A program made the position numbers and the translations under genes. Shown one piece after another: positions 46,556 through 53,256 of a stretch of DNA of 64,000 nucleotides. The notes beneath the pieces are model-generated. The model was not told where the DNA came from. It did not search any database and was given only the letters and a program-made list of their open reading frames with translations. Numbering within the stretch: position 1 is the stretch's first letter; each line of letters starts with the position of its first letter. Source of the stretch: Candidatus Pacearchaeota archaeon (GTDB lineage: Archaea; Nanobdellota; Nanobdellia; Pacearchaeales; GW2011-AR1); contig JBAZMK010000002.1 in NCBI GenBank assembly GCA_041649755.1, positions 26,247-90,246 of the forward strand, read 5' to 3'.

Positions 46556-47689
46556 ATGGAAGTCAGTTTGAGAAGCACTCCAAACGGAATCAAAACCTTG
46601 AAAGGAGCATTAAAATATTGCCAAGACTTCGCAAGAGTTTGTTATACAAAATCAGACTTATCAGAAGTAAAAGAAGAGGGATACAAACCTGCATTAGTTA
46701 ATCGACTAATCCGCACAGGACACCATAGTGTTTTTGACCACTTTACATTAGGATTATATCTTAAAGGGCTTCCAAAAGCTATGGCTATGGTCCTAAACAA
46801 TGAACCCCCCCTAACCACCAGTGAAAAGTCAGCAAGATATACTGTAATGGGAGGTATACCCGAAAAACAAAAGACTCTTTATGATAAATGGATGGGAATC
46901 CTTACAAACCAAATTGATGAAATTTTCCCAGAGTGTGAGGATAGAGATAATAGAATAAGGAAATTAGCACAAGAAAATGCCCGTTATATGACTAGTGTTT
47001 TTACTCCGACAAGAATGGGGTACACAATTTCCTTAAGGCAATTAAATCTCTTAGCAGATAATTTTGAAGAGTTCGGTATGGAGATAAGTAATGATGAATT
47101 TAAGAACAGACTTTTTTGGGGGGGGATGGTTCCTTTTTTAAACTCTGAAATTGTTCAACGTTTTAGAGTAAAAAGTCTTGAAGATAAATCTACTAGGGGA
47201 GTCAAGTTATTTGGAGAAGATGTTGAGGAACACTTTGGAAGTAGCATTTACTCTACAAGTCTCTTTATGAGTTTCGCTTGCCTTGCTCAGAATCATCGCC
47301 ATAGAACTATTAGAAACCATATAGTTGAAGGTTGGCAAAAAGGAGCTCCATTAAGATACTTCATTCCCCCAATCCTTCAAGAAGAAACGTCAAAAAAATG
47401 GGTTTCTGATTTAAAAAGAGTTTCTGAAACAGATTTTCCACAAGGACAATTACTAAAGGTTGCGGAAAGAGGAACAAAAGAAGATTTAGAAATGAAACTG
47501 CGTGAAAGACTATGTGGCTTAGCACAACTTGAAATAGTAAGAGCTATGGACGATTTAGTTAAACGTTATTCTAAAGAGGTCCCTGAAATGAAAAAACTTA
47601 TAGGCCCGACATGTGTTACCTCTAAAGAAGGTTGTAAGAAAGGTGGATGTATCTTTGGTCCTAAACATGCAATTGACCGATTAATATGA
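46556..47689 (+). CDS. ThyX-like (flavin-dependent thymidylate synthase fold) protein, divergent and extended
   Basis: 'HHSVFDHFTLGLYL' and 'SEKSARYT' resemble ThyX, but the canonical RHRx7S is not at the expected position and an 'RHRHR' appears later. It is 377 aa and overlaps tmk by 4 nt. Confidence 0.45.
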   Translation: MEVSLRSTPNGIKTLKGALKYCQDFARVCYTKSDLSEVKEEGYKPALVNRLIRTGHHSVFDHFTLGLYLKGLPKAMAMVLNNEPPLTTSEKSARYTVMGGIPEKQKTLYDKWMGILTNQIDEIFPECEDRDNRIRKLAQENARYMTSVFTPTRMGYTISLRQLNLLADNFEEFGMEISNDEFKNRLFWGGMVPFLNSEIVQRFRVKSLEDKSTRGVKLFGEDVEEHFGSSIYSTSLFMSFACLAQNHRHRTIRNHIVEGWQKGAPLRYFIPPILQEETSKKWVSDLKRVSETDFPQGQLLKVAERGTKEDLEMKLRERLCGLAQLEIVRAMDDLVKRYSKEVPEMKKLIGPTCVTSKEGCKKGGCIFGPKHAIDRLI

Positions 47690-48330
47690 AAAGAGGTAAA
47701 TTTATAGTTATTGAAGGGATTAATGGATGCGGAAAAGGAACCCAGTTAGAACGACTTGTAGGGTTGATTCATGGAGCGGATAAGTACAGCACTATTTTTG
47801 TTACAAGAGAACCAAATAATTTTGATAAAAATGGGATAAAAGCTCGTGAAATGTTAGCGCAAGACGGAGACCCTTATAAAAATGCAGAATCTGCCGTAGA
47901 ATACTTCGCAAGAAACCGACAATTTCACAACGCCCAATTTATTCTGCCTATGATTGAAAAGGGGATTCATGTTGTATCGGATAGATACTGGTACTCAAAT
48001 TTTGCATTTCAGCACGCACAAGGAATCCCTTATGAAAAAATTGCTGAAGCAAACAGGCGTTCAAGAAGTCCTGAATTAACTTTAATTATTGATGTTCCCG
48101 CAGAAGTTGCTGCAGAAAGACTAATAAAAAGAGACGGAGAACAAAGAAGAAAGTTTGATAATAATATTGAATTTTTAGAGAAAGTTAGACAAAATTATTT
48201 AGAACTCCCTGAAGTTTTGCCAAGCCTTATTCAAGACAGGAGTATTGTTTTAATTAAAGGAAACAGAGATATTGAGGCTGTCTGGGAAGATATCAAAGAT
48301 GCATACAGCTCAGCTTTTAAATCTTGCTAA
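47686..48330 (+). CDS. tmk: Thymidylate (dTMP) kinase
   Basis: It has the P-loop 'FIVIEGINGCGKGTQ', a DRY-like 'SDRYWYS' and a lid region. Confidence 0.8.
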   Translation: MKRGKFIVIEGINGCGKGTQLERLVGLIHGADKYSTIFVTREPNNFDKNGIKAREMLAQDGDPYKNAESAVEYFARNRQFHNAQFILPMIEKGIHVVSDRYWYSNFAFQHAQGIPYEKIAEANRRSRSPELTLIIDVPAEVAAERLIKRDGEQRRKFDNNIEFLEKVRQNYLELPEVLPSLIQDRSIVLIKGNRDIEAVWEDIKDAYSSAFKSC

Positions 48331-48439
48331 CTCCTTAAAAAAAGTAACTTCCAGTTAGCTAAGTTTACAAATAAAAAGTAAATCATATTCTTGACTACAA
48401 CAATATTTAAAAAGACTATTGATTTTCATTCCATTACAC

Positions 48440-48455
48440 CCACAAGGGATTGTGG
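48440..48455 (+). promoter_or_regulatory. NrdR-box-like palindrome 1
   Basis: CCACAAGGGATTGTGG has CACAA/TTGTG arms matching the outer half-sites of the NrdR box consensus (acaCwAtATaTwGtgt). Confidence 0.4.
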
Positions 48456-48467
48456 AAAAAGGAGGTG

Positions 48468-48484
48468 CAAGATACCATATCTTG
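48468..48484 (+). promoter_or_regulatory. Palindrome 2 (possible second NrdR box) overlapping the nrdR leader
   Basis: CAAGATACCATATCTTG has 7-bp arms. It lies about 30 bp from palindrome 1 and ends 8 nt before the nrdR ATG. Confidence 0.3.
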
Positions 48485-48491
48485 TATTAAG

Positions 48492-48935
48492 ATGTTATGC
48501 CCTTATTGCAATAATCCAGATACAAAAGTCACGGATAAGAGGGATTGTGATTCAATCACCCGTAGGAGAAGAGAGTGCCTTAAGTGTGAAAAAAGATTCA
48601 CGACCTATGAAAGAGTAGAACTGGATTTAAATGTTATAAAAAAAGACGGAAGAAGAGAGAAGTTTTCAAGAAGAAAACTCTTTGAAGGCGTAGCAAAAAA
48701 CCTTGAAAAAAGACCTTTCACAAGCGAACAAATTGAGGATATAGTAAGTGAAATGGAAGCCACAATCTATCGAACAGCAAAAGACAAAGATATCAAAAGT
48801 TCAAAAATAGGAGAAATCGTTATGAACAAACTAAAAAAAGTGGACAAAGTCGCATATATAAGATTCGCAGCAGTTTACAGAGATTTTGAAGATGTAAACG
48901 ATTTCAAAGAAGAAATAAAAAAATTAGAGGATTAA
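48492..48935 (+). CDS. nrdR: Transcriptional repressor NrdR (zinc ribbon + ATP-cone)
   Basis: 'MLCPYCNNPDTKVTDKRDCDSITRRRRECLKCEKRFTTYERVEL' closely matches the NrdR N-terminus, and an ATP-cone follows. The listed longer ORF starts at a TTG, so ATG 48492 is preferred. Confidence 0.8.
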   Translation: MLCPYCNNPDTKVTDKRDCDSITRRRRECLKCEKRFTTYERVELDLNVIKKDGRREKFSRRKLFEGVAKNLEKRPFTSEQIEDIVSEMEATIYRTAKDKDIKSSKIGEIVMNKLKKVDKVAYIRFAAVYRDFEDVNDFKEEIKKLED

Positions 48936-48939
48936 TAAT

Positions 48940-51036
48940 ATGGTTAACAAAATAAGAAAAAGAGATGGGAGTATTGTCTTATTTCAAAAAGACAAAATTG
49001 CAAATGCCATCTGGAAAGCAGTGAGAGCAGTCGGAGGAAATGACAGGGAAAGAGCAGAAAAAGTATCTGAAATCGTTATAGAGAAACTTGAAAGACTTCA
49101 TGGGGATTATGGTATACCTGATGTAGAAGAGGTTCAGGACCTTGTAGAAAAAGTCTTAATAGAAGAAGGTCACGCAAAAGTTGCCAAAGCATACATCCTT
49201 TACAGAAAAAGTCACGAAGAATTAAGAAATATAAAAGGACTTTTTGATACGATTGAAGTAATTGAAGATTACATTGGATTGGACGACTGGATGGTTAAAG
49301 AAAATTCAAATATGGGCTTTTCTCTTCAGGGGCTAAACAACTACATCGCTACAAAAATAGTATCCAATTATTGGATGAGAAGAATATATCCTGAAGCGAT
49401 AAGAAAAGTTCATGAAGCAGGAGATCTCCATATCCACGACTTAGGAACTTTGGGAGCTTACTGCGTTGGATGGGACCTAAAAGATTTATTAATGGTGGGA
49501 TTTAGAGGAGTTAAAGGAAAAGTTGAAAGTAAACCTGCAAAACATCTAAGAACTGCACTCGGGCAAGTAGTAAACTTCTTTTACACACTGCAAGGGGAAA
49601 CCGCGGGAGCACAAGCCTTCTCAAATTTTGACACACTTCTCGCCCCCTTCATCAGATATGACAAATTAAATTACAAAGATGTAAAACAAATAATGCAGGA
49701 ATTCGCCTTTAACTTAGCAGTACCTACACGAGTAGGATTTCAAACCCCCTTCACGAATATAACTATGGACCTAGAGGTACCAGAATACATGAAAAACGAG
49801 CCAGTTGTAATTGGAGGAGAACTAAAAAAAGAAACCTATAAAGAATTTGAAGAAGAAATGAAAATGATAAATAGAGCTTTTGCAGAGATTATGCTTGAAG
49901 GAGATGCCTCTGGACAAGTATTTACATTTCCTATCCCAACATATAATATAACAAAAAATTTTAAATGGGACAATCCTGACCACGACCTAATTTGGGAAAT
50001 GACCGCAAAATATGGTATACCTTACTTTTCAAACTTTGTCAACTCAGATATGAAACCAGAAGATTCAAGAAGTATGTGTTGCAGACTTAGACTTGATCAA
50101 AAAGAACTAAAAAAAAGAGGGGGAGGACTCTTCGGAGCAAACCCTCAGACAGGGAGTATAGGGGTTGTAACAATAAATATGCCCCGACTGGGATTTGTCT
50201 CCTCAAATGAAGAAGATTTCTTTACCAGATTAGACAGATTAATGGAACTATCAAAAGAAAGCTTAGAAATAAAAAGAAAAACTATAGAAAAATTCACAGA
50301 AGTTGGACTTTATCCTTACTCAAAATTCTATCTAAGACAAGTATACCAAAGATTCAACGAATACTGGAAAAACCACTTTGCAACAATAGGATTAATAGGA
50401 ATGAATGAGGCAATAATAAATTTTCTTCCTGGAGAAGATATAACAACGTCAAGAGGAAGAGAATTCGCCATCAAAGTTTTAGATTTTATGAGAAATCGCT
50501 TAGAGGGATATCAAAAAGAAACAGGAAACATATATAACCTCGAAGCCACGCCGGGAGAAGGAGTAACCTATCGTTTCGCAAGAATGGACAAGAAAAGATT
50601 CGGAAAGATAATTGTTGCAAATGAAAAATCAGTCACTCAAGGAGCAAAACCCTATTATACAAACTCGTCACAACTGCCTGTAAATTACACAGAAGACATA
50701 TTTGAGGCACTTGATTTACAAGATGAATTACAATGTAAGTATACTGGCGGAACGGTCTTTCACACTTATGTTGGAGAAAAACTAAACAAAGAAGCCGTAA
50801 AAACAATTGTCAAAAAAATTGCAAACACTTACCATCTTCCTTATTTCACAATAACACCAACATTTTCTATCTGTCCTATCCATGGGTATCTCCCTGGAGA
50901 ACACGAATATTGCCCAAAATGCGACTTAGAACAAGCCTCAAACTCTTCAATTGAAGCAAACACCAAAATTGATGAAGGAAAAAAAGTTGAATTAATGTCT
51001 CAAATAAATAAAGGAGGTGTTCATGGGACGGACTAA
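48940..51036 (+). CDS. nrdD: Anaerobic ribonucleoside-triphosphate reductase (class III) large subunit, apparently lacking the glycyl-radical tail
   Basis: It has an N-terminal ATP-cone 'KRDGSIVLFQKDKIANAI', the NrdD core and a C-terminal Cys/His cluster 'CPIHGYLPGEHEYCPKCD'. It is followed by the nrdG activase. The RVxGY tail is in another frame, annotated separately below. Confidence 0.75.
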   Translation: MVNKIRKRDGSIVLFQKDKIANAIWKAVRAVGGNDRERAEKVSEIVIEKLERLHGDYGIPDVEEVQDLVEKVLIEEGHAKVAKAYILYRKSHEELRNIKGLFDTIEVIEDYIGLDDWMVKENSNMGFSLQGLNNYIATKIVSNYWMRRIYPEAIRKVHEAGDLHIHDLGTLGAYCVGWDLKDLLMVGFRGVKGKVESKPAKHLRTALGQVVNFFYTLQGETAGAQAFSNFDTLLAPFIRYDKLNYKDVKQIMQEFAFNLAVPTRVGFQTPFTNITMDLEVPEYMKNEPVVIGGELKKETYKEFEEEMKMINRAFAEIMLEGDASGQVFTFPIPTYNITKNFKWDNPDHDLIWEMTAKYGIPYFSNFVNSDMKPEDSRSMCCRLRLDQKELKKRGGGLFGANPQTGSIGVVTINMPRLGFVSSNEEDFFTRLDRLMELSKESLEIKRKTIEKFTEVGLYPYSKFYLRQVYQRFNEYWKNHFATIGLIGMNEAIINFLPGEDITTSRGREFAIKVLDFMRNRLEGYQKETGNIYNLEATPGEGVTYRFARMDKKRFGKIIVANEKSVTQGAKPYYTNSSQLPVNYTEDIFEALDLQDELQCKYTGGTVFHTYVGEKLNKEAVKTIVKKIANTYHLPYFTITPTFSICPIHGYLPGEHEYCPKCDLEQASNSSIEANTKIDEGKKVELMSQINKGGVHGTD

Positions 51037-51151
51037 ATGTGAGGTTTGGAGCAGAGTTGTAGGATACCTTAGACCTGTTTCCCAGTTTAACGAAGGAAAA
51101 GCAGAAGAATTCAAAGACCGAACGTGCTTTAATTGTTCTTGCGAATGCTAA
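51023..51151 (+). CDS. NrdD glycyl-radical tail peptide (42 aa) encoded in the +1 frame; split gene, frameshift or error
   Basis: It translates to MGRTKCEVWSRVVGYLRPVSQFNEGKAEEFKDRTCFNCSCEC. The canonical class III RNR 'RVxGY...NxGKxEE' glycyl radical signature is present. GGAGGTG lies 3 nt upstream of the ATG. The ORF is absent from the supplied track because it is under 60 aa. Confidence 0.55.
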   Translation: MGRTKCEVWSRVVGYLRPVSQFNEGKAEEFKDRTCFNCSCEC

Positions 51152-51183
51152 ATTTTTGGGAGGAAACTCCCTTTCTTTTTAAA

Positions 51184-51885
51184 ATGAAAATCGCTGGATT
51201 CCAAAAAATAACCCTTATTGACTACCCTTCAAAAGTCTCATGTATAATATTTTTATGGGGCTGTAACTTTCGTTGCGGTTTCTGTTACAACCCTGACCTT
51301 GTGATAAGAGAAAAAGAAGAAGAATTCTCTAAAAAAGAGATATTAAAATTTCTTGAAAAAAGGAAAGACAAGTTAGAAGCAGTTTGTATAACTGGAGGTG
51401 AACCTCTTTTAAGCATAGAAGAAAACTTCCTAAAAGAAATAAAAAAATTAGGGTACCTCATAAAAATAGACACAAATGGAAGTTACCCTGAAAAATTAAA
51501 AGATTTAATCAAAAAGAACCTCGTAGATTATATTGCAATGGATATAAAAGCTAGCAGAGAAAATTACCCAAAAGTCACAGGAATTAAAGTTAATTTAAAC
51601 AAAATTGAAGAGTCTATAAAGATTGTATATGAATTTGGTGAATATGAATTTAGAACAACAGTCGTCCCAAGATTCCACAACGAGAAAGAAATAGAAGAAA
51701 TAGGAAAATGGGTAAATAAAATTTGCAATGGAAAACCAAAAAAACATTTTCTTCAGGGATTTAAAAATAAAGGTAATTTTATAGATGACAAATTTAAAAA
51801 AGAAAAAGAAGTGGAAGAAAAATTTTTAAAAAGACTCAAAAAAATTGATGAAGAATATTTTGAAAATGGAGAGGTAAGGATATGA
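51184..51885 (+). CDS. nrdG: Anaerobic ribonucleotide reductase-activating radical SAM protein
   Basis: The 'CNFRCGFCYNPD' CxxxCxxC cluster with the NrdG-type context is present. The start is set at ATG 51184. Confidence 0.75.
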   Translation: MKIAGFQKITLIDYPSKVSCIIFLWGCNFRCGFCYNPDLVIREKEEEFSKKEILKFLEKRKDKLEAVCITGGEPLLSIEENFLKEIKKLGYLIKIDTNGSYPEKLKDLIKKNLVDYIAMDIKASRENYPKVTGIKVNLNKIEESIKIVYEFGEYEFRTTVVPRFHNEKEIEEIGKWVNKICNGKPKKHFLQGFKNKGNFIDDKFKKEKEVEEKFLKRLKKIDEEYFENGEVRI

Positions 51886-52289
51886 TAACCAAAATAAGGT
51901 CAGAAGAAGTTTATAGACATTTTAAGGGAGAAGAAAAGCTATACAAAGTTCTGGGCGTTGCAAGATGTAAAATAATAAGACAAAGTGATTTGAAGAATCT
52001 TGAACTAATATGCCACGCAAAAGATTGTGAAAATCCCGATGAAGAATTTGATGTTTTTAGGGAAATCTTGGAAGAAATAAATTCAGCTAATGTAAAATTT
52101 TGGATAAATGGAAAAGATAAAATTACTTATGTTGTCTACCAGCAACTATATAGCTCAGAAGATTTTCCAAAAAACACAATTTGGATGAGAAGTATAAGAG
52201 ATTTTACAGGATATAAAAACCTTGAAGAAGGAAGAAGGGTTAAAAGATTTGAACTAGTAAAAGATTTATCTTTAGTTACAAATATTTAA
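51882..52289 (+). CDS. DUF1653 domain protein, translationally coupled to nrdG
   Basis: 'VYRHFKGEEKLYKVLGVAR' and a second 'ITYVVYQQLYSSEDFPKNTIWMRSIRDF' match the DUF1653 consensus (YRHYKG..Y.V...A). Confidence 0.45.
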   Translation: MITKIRSEEVYRHFKGEEKLYKVLGVARCKIIRQSDLKNLELICHAKDCENPDEEFDVFREILEEINSANVKFWINGKDKITYVVYQQLYSSEDFPKNTIWMRSIRDFTGYKNLEEGRRVKRFELVKDLSLVTNI

Positions 52290-52313
52290 AATCACCCTTT
52301 TCATTTTATCTAT

Positions 52314-53027
52314 ATGGAAAGAATACATATAATAGGAAAAAACCCCGAAAGCATAGACAACTTAAAGAAAGAACTAAAAGATAATAATTTCACTTATTGC
52401 GAAGAAAACCCAGAAATTGTAATTAGTTACGGAGGAGACGGAATGTTCCTCATAGCAGAAAGAATATTCCCAAGTATACCTAAGTTGCTCATAAGAGATA
52501 GCGCCAAAGGAAACAATTGCCATAAAATAAATTTAAAAGAAGCATTAAAATATCTCAACGAAGGAAATTTCAAAATTGAAGAAATAAAAAAGATAAAAGC
52601 CACACACAAAGGAAGATTTGAATACAGAGAATTAATAGGGATAAATGATATCGTTATAAGAAACAGCTTACCAACAGAAGCGATAAGATTTAGATACAAA
52701 GTAAATAACTCTGAATGGAGTGATACTTTAATTGGAGATGGGCTTGTAATTTCAACTCCTTATGGCTCAAAAAGAGGCGCATACTTTTATTCAATTGAAC
52801 AAAAAAGTTTCAATGAAGGTTTAGGAATCGCATTTAATAATACAACAGAAAAAAAAGGACATTTAATATTAAAAGAAGAAGATATAGTTGAAGTTGAAAT
52901 AATGAGGGGTATAGGAGTTTTAGTCTCTGACAACAACAGAGATTTCATCAATCTGGAAAATGGAGATAAGGTAAAAATCAGACTAATTAAAGACACTGCA
53001 AAAAGAATAATCCTTAAAGAAGAATAA
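52314..53027 (+). CDS. nadK: NAD kinase
   Basis: It has the 'ISYGGDGMFL' GGDG motif and 'GDGLVISTPYGSKRGAYFYS'. Confidence 0.75.
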   Translation: MERIHIIGKNPESIDNLKKELKDNNFTYCEENPEIVISYGGDGMFLIAERIFPSIPKLLIRDSAKGNNCHKINLKEALKYLNEGNFKIEEIKKIKATHKGRFEYRELIGINDIVIRNSLPTEAIRFRYKVNNSEWSDTLIGDGLVISTPYGSKRGAYFYSIEQKSFNEGLGIAFNNTTEKKGHLILKEEDIVEVEIMRGIGVLVSDNNRDFINLENGDKVKIRLIKDTAKRIILKEE

Positions 53028-53039
53028 TCTTTGAAAATC

Positions 53040-53047
53040 TTTTTAAA
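53040..53047 (+). promoter_or_regulatory. TATA box upstream of tRNA-Gly
   Basis: TTTTTAAA lies 23-30 nt upstream of the tRNA 5' end. Confidence 0.35.
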
Positions 53048-53069
53048 GAGTCATTCCATCAAAGTTTAT

Positions 53070-53140
53070 GCGCGATTGGTTTAGTGGTAGAACGTAACGT
53101 TGCCAACGTTGAGACACGAGTTCGATTCTCGTATCGCGCA
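53070..53140 (+). tRNA. tRNA-Gly (anticodon GCC)
   Basis: The sequence is GCGCGATTGGTTTAGTGGTAGAACGTAACGTTGCCAACGTTGAGACACGAGTTCGATTCTCGTATCGCGCA, with anticodon loop TTGCCAA. Confidence 0.85.
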
Positions 53141-53186
53141 TTGATCAGAATGTATTAAACGACCTTATACGAAAAGCTAACTCGTA

Positions 53187-53209
53187 GAGTTCGATTCTCG
53201 TATCGCGCA
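53187..53209 (+). repeat. Exact 23-nt direct repeat of the tRNA-Gly 3' end (T-arm plus acceptor 3' strand)
   Basis: GAGTTCGATTCTCGTATCGCGCA at 53118..53140 is repeated at 53187..53209, 46 nt downstream. This is att-site-like duplication. Confidence 0.6.
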
Positions 53210-53256
53210 CTAAATTTCAATCCTAACAAAGATTCTAAAGAATTACATTAAATAAG

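Noticed and set aside
48450-48491. TTG-initiated extension of nrdR (MWKKEVQDTISCIK)
   Set aside because: The extension covers the palindromic operator-like sequences and a GGAGGTG. The NrdR homology begins exactly at the ATG at 48492.
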